From: Macrostomum hystrix
Taxonomy: Eukaryota; Animalia; Platyhelminthes
DNA length: 64,000 nt
Assembly: GCA_950097015.1 (NCBI GenBank)
Contig: CATNEN010000038.1
Span: 16,306,001-16,370,000, forward strand
Direction: 5' to 3'
Made by a program: the position numbers and the translations under genes. Below are positions 1 through 11,187 of the stretch, piece by piece. The notes below the pieces were generated by a model that saw only the letters and a list, made by a program, of their open reading frames with translations, was not told where the DNA came from and made no database searches. Numbering within the stretch: position 1 is the stretch's first letter; each line of letters opens with the position of its first letter.

Positions 1-346
1 CAGTCTTTGACAAGAATTGCAGAATATCTAGACGATGCTGTCGCCATACAGGTTTATAAAGACCAATTCAAGTTGTGCTTGTCACCAGTCTTTGAAAAGA
101 ATTGCAGAATATCTAGACGATGCTGTCGCCATACAGGTTTATAAAGACCAATTCAAGTTGTGCTTGTCACCAGTCTTTGAAAAGAATCGCAGAATATCTA
201 GACAATGCTGAAAGTTTGCTAATCGTTAAGGGCCGAAAATTTTGATCTAAATGGTGGACTTTCACGGAAATCGGTAATTCGGTTTCGGAGCTATCGTGAA
301 GTAGGCAGTGGGTATTGGAAATGCCCCCGTGATCTTTCTAATGATA
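1..346. mobile_element. End of another copy of the MITE family, with an internal ~83-bp tandem duplication (1-210)
   Basis: TGGACTTTCACGGAAATCGG..GAGCTATCGTGAAGTAGG..GTGGGTATT matches the reverse complement of 13385-13455. Degenerate TIR end TCTTTCTAATGATAA at ~333-347. Confidence 0.6.
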
Positions 347-356
347 ATGATAGGCG

Positions 357-1310
357 CTAACCTTCAGTTTCGTCGTTAAAGTAGTACATCGAGGAGAAAT
401 TCTCGCTGCCGCTGCACCAGACACAGCAGCTGCTCAGAATGCTGGAGGCGTTAAAACTAGGCGGAATCTTAGCTCTAGTTGTTGCCATGGTGATAATGCT
501 CTCCAATGCCTTAATTATAATCTGCACAGTCGAAGTTGACATTATAACGGCGAGGATAACAATGGAGATTGGCTCCAAGCGTGTCTTGCCTTGCGGATAA
601 TAATAAGGATTCCTAGTCTTCACCTGACGATTAGCGATCCAAACAACAACACCGCTGACCAAATCAATCATGGAATCAATCAGTGAGCTGATAACGGACA
701 ATGAGCCAGACAGGCCGATAGCAATAGCTTTGATAATGGCCAGGGACAGGTTGACAAAGAAGCTTAACTGAGCCAATCGAATAGCACAGGCAGTTGCGTT
801 GGTGTCCTCGTTATCTTTTAATTCGCCGTCCGACATGACAATGTCCGAATAGATTCGATCGAACTGATCAATCAGATTGTCCTGCTTTTTGTAGAATTTT
901 CGCACCGACTTGTCCATGGCTTTGGTCTCGGCAGTTTTGCCGCGCCGGCGCTCGTTAAAGACGGCAGGCGGCAGCATCCAGGACAGGCCAGCGCTGACGC
1001 CGGCCAGGCGATCGAAATCTGGCAGCCAGGAGGCGCTGACTTTGCGCAGACTGCCCAGGCTGCGCCAACGAGGCGGGCGACGCGCGGCAACAGCGTTGGC
1101 ATTGTCGGCGTCGCCATTTTCAACAGTTTTTGGAGCGGTGGCAGCATTAGTGGAGGACAGATTCTCTGGCACGCTGGTTGATGTTGAACAGCGAGCAATA
1201 GTACTCTTAGACGGCTGCTGCTGCTGCTGCTGCTGTTTTCCTGGTTGCACAAGAGCCACTCTCACTTCAGAATCGTCTGGTGTAGTATTGCCATTTTTCT
1301 TTGCACTCAT
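357..1310 (-). CDS. Cation diffusion facilitator (Mn-CDF / metal tolerance protein-like), first exon; 3' part not resolved in the window
   Basis: Motifs FYKKQDNLIDQF, SLSVISSLIDSMIDL (TM2 DxxxD) and YYYPQGKTRLEPISIVILAVIM are typical of MTP8-11/Mn-CDF proteins. Only the first TM helices are present. Possible donor near 362. Confidence 0.85.
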   Translation of the reverse strand: MSAKKNGNTTPDDSEVRVALVQPGKQQQQQQQPSKSTIARCSTSTSVPENLSSTNAATAPKTVENGDADNANAVAARRPPRWRSLGSLRKVSASWLPDFDRLAGVSAGLSWMLPPAVFNERRRGKTAETKAMDKSVRKFYKKQDNLIDQFDRIYSDIVMSDGELKDNEDTNATACAIRLAQLSFFVNLSLAIIKAIAIGLSGSLSVISSLIDSMIDLVSGVVVWIANRQVKTRNPYYYPQGKTRLEPISIVILAVIMSTSTVQIIIKALESIITMATTRAKIPPSFNASSILSSCCVWCSGSENFSSMYYFNDETEG

Positions 1311-1585
1311 TTCAGAATCAGAATAAAAAAAGTAACTCTGAAATTGTTTAAGGTTTACATGTTAAGGGGGCAGTACTGAACATATATGTTAATGAAAATA
1401 TGTCTATAATAGATACTGTGAGAATCAAGTAACGTTAGAAATTCTGAACAAGAGGACGGTAGTTCGAATTTTGGCCCAAGGTTAAACAATTTGTGACCTT
1501 GAATGCGACACTTTTTTCCTAGAGCTTAAATTATAAAATTATAAGCTATAAAATTAGCACCACTATCAAAGCAATAATAAAACAA

Positions 1586-1865
1586 GAGGTTGTAGCCTTG
1601 TAGTTAGAGCGTCGGAATCGCGACTTAAAGGTCGGGGGTTCGATTCCCGACTCCACTGGAACAAGACAAGACAAGACACTTCCCTTTGTTTTGCTTTAGT
1701 TCACCTAGTTATTAAATGGGTACCAGCAATACTTGGGAAAACTGAAGGTGGGTGTGGCGTCCCGCCAGTCCATGGACTGAACAGCTGTACGCAGCCTTCA
1801 GATGCGCCGCGCAATAGCTGCGGCTGCGCTGTTGGCTGCACATCTGACCAAATTGGGGCAGCATT
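1586..1865 (+). mobile_element. tRNA-derived SINE family B (CORE/Meta-like central domain)
   Basis: tRNA head (TAGCCTTGTAGTTAGAGC...GGTTCGATTCC), central CAAGACACTT...GTTCACC.AG.T.TTAAATGGGTACCAGC and conserved 3' body with CAGTCCATGGACTG. Confidence 0.85.
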
Positions 1866-2204
1866 AGCCAGGATAGAAATTATGGTGGGTGGGTGGATAA
1901 TTTCTCTACAATTTTATATTGACTCGTCGTAAACAACGTTTCTTCAAATAAGCAACTTAAAAAATTATGGCGCACAATGTTTCAAACTGCAGTAGGAATA
2001 TTTTCACATAAACAAAATAAGTTACCAATCAATTACACAATGCATTATTAACAAAAGAAGCCATTAATAACAGAGAAAAGTTTAAGCTGCTTGTTAATGA
2101 TTGTTTGTCAGTTCAAATCCGCACGATTTCACAATGAAGCCGCACTAACCGGAAATAAAATTCATAGATTTAAATAAAATGCGATCCACAAGGCTCAGGC
2201 AGCA

Positions 2205-5200
2205 CTACTTAATAGTAATGCTAACAATGCGAATATCCTCCAGCGGTTTATCAGTCTTGGTGCTGGTTTTAACAGACGCAATCCTTTGCACAACATCCAT
2301 GCCCTGTTTGACTCGGCCAAACACGGTGTGCTTATCATCTAGCCAAGGAGTTGGAGCCACAGTGATGAAGAACTGCGATCCGTTAGTATTGGGCCCGGCA
2401 TTGGCCATGCTCATTGTGTAGGGCCGGTCGTGTCTAAGGCTGGCGCAGATTTCGTCTTGAAATTCGCCGCCCCAAATAGATTGGCCGCCGGTGCCGTTGC
2501 CAAGCGGACATCCGGTCTGCACCATGAAGCCTTTGATAACGCGATGAAAGATCAGGCCATTAAAATAGCCGTTGCGGCTGTGCACTGTGAAATTCTCCAC
2601 CGTTTTCGGGCACTCTTTAGGAAACAGAGTGAATGCAATGTCGCCCATTGTGGTGTGCAGAATACCGCCATTGGCTAGCCGACTGTGATCAAAGTCTTCG
2701 GTGGCGGCCAGAATCTCCTCTTTAGTTGGCTTCTCGTTGAGCACATCGCGCTCGGCTCCGCTGTGATCGGGTTCCCGGCGGCTAATCATATAGAAACGAT
2801 TGCGCTTGAAGCCGGTGCAAAATAGGGTGGGATCCGGCTCCGGCGTCCTTAGCAACGGATTGCCGGCAAGTTCTAGTTCCAGACGATGAAGTCCGCTGTC
2901 GCCGGCTGTGACACTGTTAAACTGATTGGCATTCGGCAGGCTCTGGCACAGGGCTAGGCGGACAAATCGTACATTCTCCTGCTGGCAGAGGAAGCGAGAC
3001 ACCCTATTGGTGACTAGGTTGACCACCTTCACGCCAATCGGAGTGGCGTAGATTAAAAAATTGTTGCTCTCATCGAAGACGGCGTTGCCAAATCTGGCGT
3101 TCTCTTGGCTGCGCTCGAGCTCTTTTTCTACGGCCATTCGTTTGCCAAACTCCATGTCGGCTACGATTGGCTTGCGCTGTTGCAGCTCAGAGTAGGACTG
3201 TGCACTCTCGTCTATTACCTAGCATAGTAGGGCAAGGATGCGGTTCATTGCTGGTAGGTGCATGGGTAGGTGAATAGATAATAAGGATAATAATAATTGC
3301 AGGAGGGCTGCGGGCAATGTCACATCTTTTGGTGACACCTGACCCGCAGCCAGCGAGGATGCAATTTTGCCTCATTTCGCTGACTCCTGAGCACACAGAT
3401 ACCGTAAGGCAGGCACTCGCCAACACATATGTGTACATCTGCCCTGCCTTTCTTATCGTCAGGCCTAAATTGCATTACAATTCTCCAAGCCTTCTCTCCG
3501 CGGCTGCGCCCTAAATTAATGTGGCCTCGCCGCGGAATCGAACTTAAAGACTTTGGTGCGAGAGGCAAACGCGTTATCCGCTCTGCCACCGACCCTCCTT
3601 TTGGTGAATAGATAAATAAGTATAAGTATATTGTAGTCTAACCTTCCGCAGTTTGCCAGTGGCGAAGTTAAATATGCGTATCTTGGCATCGCTGCACAGT
3701 AGCACGAGAAGACGGCCGTCGCCAGACACGGTGGCAAACGTGGCATAGGCTTTAGCCTGACAGCAGGCGAACAGATCTGTGTCTGTTTTGTACTGCCACT
3801 TTAACGAGTGCTCAGGAAATGAGTAGCTGCGCTTCGGCCCTGACCAGAATTCGATCATGCCGTCAGTGTCGGCCGAGACAACCACCTCTAAACGGGCATT
3901 GTAGCAAAGTGCTGTCACCGGGGCGTCGTGACCGGCGCCTTCTAGCACTTTTAGCGGCTCGCGCGATCCGCGACCATCGAAGATGTAGACTCTAGGCGAG
4001 TCGCGATCGCTGACCGCTAGAGCTGCAACAGGATCGCCGCTGGCAAAGATCCAGGCTAGACGATGCGGGTAGAAGTCTAGACGACACATGTTGATCATGT
4101 CAAAGTTGCCAACGTCAAACACCTGGACGATTTAGTTGTCAAAACTATTTTTAAGTTTGCATTAAATATTTTTTATATCTTAAATATTCCATAGAAGCCA
4201 AATAAATACGTGACACAGTTCGAGTATCTCAGCCAGTAGAGTATCGACCTAGCTTGAGAATCTCAGTAGATCAAGTCTTGACACAGCTTAAATATCTCGG
4301 TAGGTTGAGTCAAGACCCAGCAAAGTATCTCAGTAGGTCGAGTCTTGACACAGCTTGAGTATCTCAAATAGGTCAAGTTTTGATCCAGCTTGATAATCTC
4401 AGTAGGTCAAGTCTTGACACAGCTTAAATATCTCGGTAGGTCGAGTCAAGACCCAGAAAAATATCTTAGGTCGAGTCTTAAAACAGCTAAATATCTCAGT
4501 AGGTCGATTATAGACCGAGCTTGAGTATTTCAAATAGGTCAAGTTTTGATCCAGCTTGAGTATATCAGTAGGCCGAGTCTTGACCCAACTTAAGTATCCC
4601 AGAAGGTGAACTGTTGTACAAAGTTGAGGATCTGTGCATGACGCATCTAATGACGCGGTATATATTAACTCGTATCTAACACGATTAATTAGAGAAGGGA
4701 GTTCAATCTAACCTTCAACGAGCGATCCTTAGGATCGGCGGCAGCTGTTGAGCATAGCTCGCCATTCCAACTGACTGCCAGATCGCAGACCGGAGCAAGA
4801 TGAGCACGAAAATGCTTTACAAATTCAACGCCGGGGTCCTGCTTGGCCCATAACTTTAAATGGCCATCATTGCTAGCTGTGACTAGCACTCCGCACTGCT
4901 GACTATAGCCGACATGAGTGACAGGCGCCCTGTGCATGTAAGAGCGCTCGTAGTACTGACAACAGGGCAGCCGGTCCAAGTACACTTCTTCGTGTGGCAG
5001 AACTTTAGTTGTAGCAGAAGACTTTGTTGTTTCCTGTTGTCGAGACGGCGATGCATCGTCTGAACTATCGTGTTCCGAAGATTTCCTTGGCCGTTTCGAT
5101 TCTGGAGATTCACTAGTGTCTTTTCTACTTTTGTCAGTAGTATCAGCGTTTATACTGCCATCCTTCCTGCTACTGTGAGTAGTATCATGCTTCCTACTAC

Positions 5201-5534
5201 TACTGTGAGTACTATCATCCTTCCTGCTACTGTGAGTAGTATCATGCTTCCTACTACTGTGAGTAGTATCATCCTTCTTACTACTGTGAGTAGCATTATC
5301 CCTCCTACTACTGTGAGTAGTATCATCCTTCCTACTACTATGAGTAGTATCATCCTTCCTACTAGTGTGAGGCACGTTTTTCTTTCTGCGGTGAGCAGCA
5401 GCATTATCTTCTTCTTCTGACTCGCTTGGCTCTTCTACAATTTCTTTATCTTCTTCTTCTGAGTCATTATCATTTCGACGAGAATGACTCTTGCTGTGCG
5501 ATTGCTTCTTGGCTTCATTGTCTGAGTCGGACAT
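2205..5534 (-). CDS. PPWD1: Peptidylprolyl isomerase domain and WD repeat protein 1; exons 5534-4713, 4122-3643, 3218-2205
   Basis: YERSYMHR, GVEFVKHFRAHL, FDVGNFDMINM, MEFGKRMAVEKEL and a C-terminal cyclophilin domain (FHRVIKGFMVQTG, MANAGPNTNGSQFFIT, PWLDDKHTVFG). GT-AG introns join in frame. Confidence 0.96.
3282..3602 (-). mobile_element. tRNA-derived SINE family A, full length, in PPWD1 intron 2
   Basis: Minus-strand head GGGTCGGTGGCAGAGCGG...GTTCGATTCC (A and B boxes), (ATT)n tail and 13-bp TSD GGTGAATAGATAA (3269-3281 / 3603-3615). Homologous copies at ~17150-17450 and ~56430-56745. Confidence 0.85.
4220..4605. repeat. Degenerate ~34-bp minisatellite in PPWD1 intron 1
   Basis: Recurring CAGCTTGAGTATCTCAGTAGGTCGAGTCTTGACA. 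Confidence 0.8.
5155..5365 (-). repeat. 27-bp coding minisatellite (SRKDDTTHS)n in PPWD1 exon 1
   Basis: About 7 copies of CTACTACTGTGAGTAGTATCATCCTTC, in frame. Confidence 0.9.
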
Positions 5535-5566
5535 TTCAACAATCTGTTTGGATCTGCTTAGTCAAG

Positions 5567-5580
5567 CTGAAAAAAGCCAA
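5567..5580 (-). promoter_or_regulatory. Candidate trans-splice (outron) acceptor of PPWD1
   Basis: TTGGCTTTTTTCAG about 33 nt upstream of the ATG and ~140 nt downstream of the MRPL40 AATAAA (5711-5706). Confidence 0.55.
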
Positions 5581-5884
5581 ATACATTAATTAAAATGTAA
5601 AACTATGAGTACATTTCTATTTCGACACTAATATCTGCCTAAATTGGCGCAACAGTTAGCCTAATTAAAATAAATATATAAAACTAAGTCCAACATTTAG
5701 AAAAATTTATTTAACATGCACAAGCGAACATTCTATTTTAATTTCTTTTAAGCATGTATATAACTACGACTACAATTTGTATCGGGTCAGATCGTAGCTA
5801 TCATAGGACCAGCAGAGTGTGCATTAAGAGTCATACGATAGGCTAGTAGCTAGGGTCGGAAGCTTCACTGAAGCGCACACGTTG

Positions 5885-6535
5885 TTAATATGTACTTTTC
5901 TTCTTAGCAAAAGTCATCTTCTTGTCCACCTCGAAGCTGTACCGATAGCTGGGCGTTACGTCGCGATAATCACCATCAACAGCGTCAAATGTTTCAGCCG
6001 GCTGCGGCTGGGTGAACAGCGGACCAGACAATGACAGGCCGAACAATGCTTCGTCCGGCTGATTGGCCGCTTCGAATAATGCCAAATCTAGTGACTTCAG
6101 ATGCTCCATGGCTCTGTATAGCTCGGCTTTCTGATTGGACAATAGGGTGCACTCCCTGTACAACTGTTGCCACTTGTATTTGGTCCACTCTTTCATTAGT
6201 AGGGCCCGGCGTTCCACCTCTTCGACAGTCAGAGCTTCGTGTTGACGCTCTCGGCTATTTAGCGTCTTCATAAATTGCCGTTCGCCTTCAATCTCTTCCA
6301 GAGGTTTGAGATAGCGGCCGCGCTGCTCTAATCGTTTGATTTCTTTTTCGATTCGACGCGTCTTCTTGCGAATTCGTTCCAGCTCCACCTGGGGATCCAC
6401 GCGCTTCTTCTTCTTCAATGGCTCGGATGGCAAGACGAAGGTTAGGTGAAAATTGCGCACACAGCATAGCCGACCGCCAGATGACGATGCGGCATACGCT
6501 ACTGTAAGTAGCTGTTTAGCGCATGTTGCTAGCAT
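5885..6535 (-). CDS. MRPL40: Mitochondrial ribosomal protein L40 (mL40), single exon
   Basis: Presequence-like N-terminus followed by EPLKKKKRVDP...RRIEKEIKRLE...LKPLEE...ERRALLMKEW, characteristic of mL40. Confidence 0.9.
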   Translation of the reverse strand: MLATCAKQLLTVAYAASSSGGRLCCVRNFHLTFVLPSEPLKKKKRVDPQVELERIRKKTRRIEKEIKRLEQRGRYLKPLEEIEGERQFMKTLNSRERQHEALTVEEVERRALLMKEWTKYKWQQLYRECTLLSNQKAELYRAMEHLKSLDLALFEAANQPDEALFGLSLSGPLFTQPQPAETFDAVDGDYRDVTPSYRYSFEVDKKMTFAKKKSTY

Positions 6536-6580
6536 TTGATAGCGACTAGGCGATTGGTAAGGTGAGGTTGACTACGGTGG

Positions 6581-6593
6581 CTGAAAAAGCATG
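6581..6593 (-). promoter_or_regulatory. Candidate trans-splice acceptor of MRPL40
   Basis: CATGCTTTTTCAG about 46 nt upstream of the ATG; NIPP1 AATAAA at 6958-6953. Confidence 0.5.
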
Positions 6594-7141
6594 GTTTTTG
6601 TGACAAGATAATAAAAGTCTAACGAAACACGAATGTCTATAAATGAAGGCTGAGTTAATTCTTTTGCAAAGCTCTAAACACTGGCTTCCCTCGTCAAATT
6701 TCTCCCCTTTTCGTCTGGCTGAGTCTCCATAATCTCATCTCTCCTCTGAAGCATCTATGCAATGTCTATTCTTAACATTGTCTCATTTCTCACGTGTATT
6801 ATATCTCCCCGACCAGAATAATCTTATGGCACTTATTGTTAAACCTTACTTACCTTAAAAATTCTTTAGTTTAAAATAAGGAAAATCATATTAATACACA
6901 CGAGTAGATAGTGCCAGAAGAAAACACAGTGAAATTCGCAACTTGGCAGTATTTTATTTACAAATGAAAACTAGCAGACAAAATGATTGAACAATTGTCA
7001 TAAAAACTATGCCTAGAAAGTTAAATACGCCTATTATAGAAAAGCTGGGTTTTTATGCGACAAAATTCAACTGGCTCAATTAAAATGTAACTAGAAAAAT
7101 TTTAAGATTTACAAATGTTATGATGTTGCAGAAAATTCGCA

Positions 7142-10100
7142 CTAAGAGACCATAAATCCCGGCCTTTTGCCTGGCCACGCCTCCTTGGCGTATTTCTTCT
7201 TTCTTGGCGTGTCCAAAGAAGTGTCACCGCTGCCGGTTCCTTCGTGTGCCTCATCACCAGGAGCAGCCGAAGCTGCAGCGGCGGTGGCAGCAGTTGGCAG
7301 AGTCGGAATCGGTGGAGGAGCTGGCGGTTCAACATCGACATCCGGCGTCAGATTTGGCAATGCCAGTCCAAGTTTAGCTGCGGCGCTAAACGCGCCCAGA
7401 CTTAAAGCAGACGCCGACAACGAGTCGCCCATAACGCCGGATGAAGTCATTGAAGAAGCCGAGGCTGTCGCAGAGACGGACTCTTCGTCAGCCGAATGAC
7501 TCTGCTGGTGATAGTGCAACTGACTCTGGCCAGTTGGCTGGGAATCGTCCTGTCCAATAAACTTGGCTTTCTTGCCAGTATTTGGTATGAAAGTCTCGTA
7601 GACTAGATTTCTAAAACGGCCCACTGTGGGATCCACATCCTCAGGGTTGATGACGTCATCCTCGTCCGCGAATGTGATGCAACGACCGCGACGACGCTTC
7701 CGCGAGGCGATGGCCTGATAAAGTATTAGATTAGATTTTAACGACTGCTATTACCCACTGTCTCCTAGTTTATTATTACCCACTGTCTCCTAGCCTGTCA
7801 TTACCCACTATCTCCTAGTTTATTATTACCCACTGCCTCCTTGTTTGCTATTACCCACTGTCTCCTAGTCTGTCATTACCCACTATCTCCTAGTTTATTA
7901 TTAACCACTGTCTCCTTGTTTGCTATTACCCACTGTCTCCTAGTCTGTCATTACCCACTATCTCCTAGTTTATTATTAACCACTGTCTCCTAGCCTGTCA
8001 TTACCCACTGTCTCCAAGTCTATCATTACCCACCGTTTCTTAGTCTGTCATTACCCACCGTTTCTTAGTCTGTCATTACCCACTGTCTCCTAGTCTGTCA
8101 TTACCCACTGTCTTCAAGTCTGTCATTACCCACCGTTTCTTAGTCTGTCATTACCCACTATCTCCTAGTTTATTATTAACCACTGTCTCCTAGCCTGTCA
8201 TTACCCACTGTCTCCAAGTCTATCATTACCCACCGTTTCTTAGTCTGTCATTACCCACCGCTTCTTAGTCTGTCATTACCCACTGTCTCCAAGTCTGTCT
8301 CTAAACAACGTTTCTTAGTCTGTCATTACCCACTGTCTCCAAGTCTGTCATTACCCACCGTCTCCTAGCCTGCCATTACCCACTGTCTCCTAGTTTATAA
8401 TTACCCACTGTCTCCAAGTCTGTCATTACCCACTGTCTCCAAGTCTGCCATTAGCTGTACAGTCTCCCAGTCCAAAGAAGGCATACCCCAAGCTCATCAG
8501 CAGCATCTGGATCCTGATTCTGCGCAGCGGCAGCAACAGCAGCGGCAACCACGGAAGCGATTCGTCGATTCTGCGCCGTATTAAACTCAGTTAGATTGTC
8601 TAATTCCGATTCAGTCTGTGGCAGGCCCAGATAATTGCCTTCTCGACCGCCGCCTCCTCCTCCGATACCGTTGCCAGAGATGCCGCCGCCGTCCTGATCG
8701 GTGCCTTGATCAGCGCCGATGCCTTCTAAATATCGCTGCCTATGCTGGGGTTTTTCTCTAATAATGTGCATACGACTCGAGGCGCCAAAATGAATCTCGG
8801 AGTCGATTGGCACCTGTTTAAATTGAAATTCCATGACGAAAAGGCTATCCATGTACCAAATTATCAACAGTCACAATTTGCATAGAAGAGACTAAAGAAT
8901 CAAATAGCCGTAGCCCACCTGCTGCGGCTTGTGCGGCTCCAGTCGATAGGTGCCAATGAAAGTACCGTGTGTGCTGCCTAAATCAATTAGAAACGGTCTG
9001 GACACAAATTTATGCCACAGCAGCGCAGCGTGAACACGCGAGCAGGACTCGTGATCAATTGGGAAGTCGCATAATTGCCTATTGCGGCCAAAGAAATAGC
9101 ATTTCTTCTCGTCGATCATGAGCTTCTGAACTAGTTTGCCATCTTTCAACACGTCTAAATGTAGACCCATCTGAGGTCGGCCGGCCCTAAATTTAAATTA
9201 AGAATTGTCTTTCTACTCAATTCCATTGTTGCATTGCATAGATATTTATATATGCCTAATTATATAATACTATAATATATATCATTGATGCCACTACTTA
9301 TAGTTATGAATAATAAAATTTGCAATGAAATTTTCTTGTTGTAGTTCATTATGCATTTTTATATAATGGTACAAATATTTGTTTTTATTGAATATATTAA
9401 AAACTGTAAATTGATTTCTTAAATCAAGTAAAATTGAGTTGAAGATAGTGTAGATAATAATATTTGGATCTTGATCTTTGGATTCGAATATTTGGGATTT
9501 TTAAAAAAGGGTCTTTTAAATTTGAATAAGTTTTCCAAATGTGCTTTCAAATGTAGAGCAAAAAAGTTACAGAATTTGAAATTTGTAAATTCAGTTGTTC
9601 TTGTTGCCAACACATCAAGGTTTTCTTGTGTATTTGAATTTACTGATTGAAAAATAAATAGCTAACCATTAAAATATATTACCTTAAAACTATTTTGTTC
9701 ATGCAATTGTTTTGGATCAACACAATCAAACATGGGCCAAAATTTATATATCTTCTTATAGAAAAATAAGAAGATACTTAAGAAACAAATATTACTAGGC
9801 CTACTTGGTAATTTAATTTAACAAAATCTATATCTATAAAAGTGAAAACTCTTGCTTTAATAAAAAATCAATTGATCCAAGGTTAAAGGTTCCTAATTGC
9901 AAATATTCGAGGATATACATGTGGATTTAAACAAAACAACACTGCGGCTTGTGACAAATCCATCAGTGGCATTGCAGTTGCACATCTCTACTTGATCCTA
10001 TCTGGCATTTGTTACAGCCTGATGTGGAGGCTTAAGGCTCTTTTAAAGTTTTAATTGTAAAATTCACTAGAAATACTGATATACTCACTTGTACCACTTA

Positions 10101-11187
10101 CACCTCTAACCATTTTATAGGTGCTACATTTGCCACTGATCAACAATGCACTTCCAATATTTATTTTAACTTGGCATAATAAGGACACATTATGTTTAAA
10201 CTTTGACAAACTCAAGTCCCTTGGCTGTTGCTAAGCTTCAGTCATGACTCATTAACAATTGCATACAACACATGCTTAAAATAAATAATAATATTACTTA
10301 TTGCTAGGCTATGTTGAGCAGCAGGTGGGTAACTATAATCAATTATGTCAAATGCATGGGTGACCACTATAGTTAAAGGAAGAAACTAAAAGTAGTCTAG
10401 AATACTATATAGGCTGAATAACTAAGAAAAAGCATATATATTTAGAGAGAAGGAAAGTGAGCCATTAGCAAAAGATCACCTTAATATGCAAACTCTTATA
10501 AGAGCTTTATTTGTTCTTATGGCTCAAAACTCTTTCATATTATTTTAACATACATAACTATGTGCTAACTTTGTGCTTATACTGACTATAGAAGCTAATA
10601 AAGCCTTTAAAAATGTCATTTTGTTTAAATAAGCACATTTTTAAGACATGACACATAATAAAATAATAGTAGGCCTGTGAGCTATACCTTGTTCTACTAT
10701 AGTTTGAAATGCAAGAGTAATTTCCCACCCCAATCTTGGCCAATTAGAAAATGGCTTATGTGCCAACCTCTTCTTATCCATGGAGCTAGTCAAAACTATG
10801 GCGGTCTCAGTCATGTGCCAAAGCAACTAGAATTCAAACATTTTCTATCAAATAGAAAAAAATAAATTATAATTCATAAGACTATTGGAATCAACAGGCT
10901 ATTGAATTATACTAGCTAATAATGAACATGTGCTTAATAGCTTATTGTTAACATGTCTAGCAAGCTAAGCAGGAAAATTTAAATACTAGACAAAAAGTTC
11001 TAAAATAGCCTTTTCATTTATTACATTTCTTTCTAACATGATACATAACAGAAAAACACATCAGAAGTACCCACATACAGCACTGTAGGCCTGGAAATTA
11101 TAATACTTACCATGATGGAATTTTGAAGTTGTTAAATAGTTTTTCAGATAATTCGGCCTTCTCTTTTCTATTGAGGTGTGTTGCCAT
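7142..11187 (-). CDS. PPP1R8: Nuclear inhibitor of PP1 (NIPP1); exons 11187-11111, 9186-8919, 8813-8487, 7714-7142
   Basis: FKIPSW|AGRPQMGLHLDVLK, FHA domain (FGRN...HESCSRVHAAL...DLGSTHGTF), ELDNLTEFNTAQNRRI, RCITF PP1-docking motif, INPEDVDPTVGRFRNLV and C-terminal KKKYAKEAWPGK. Splice phases are consistent. Confidence 0.95.
7745..8452. repeat. 25-bp minisatellite filling the last intron of NIPP1
   Basis: (TTACCCACTGTCTCCTAGTCTGTCA)n. Confidence 0.95.

Noticed and set aside
1586-1660. tRNA genes (also at 3530-3598, 27050, 37170 and 42770)
   Set aside because: A and B boxes are present, but there is no proper cloverleaf and they continue into repeated SINE bodies.
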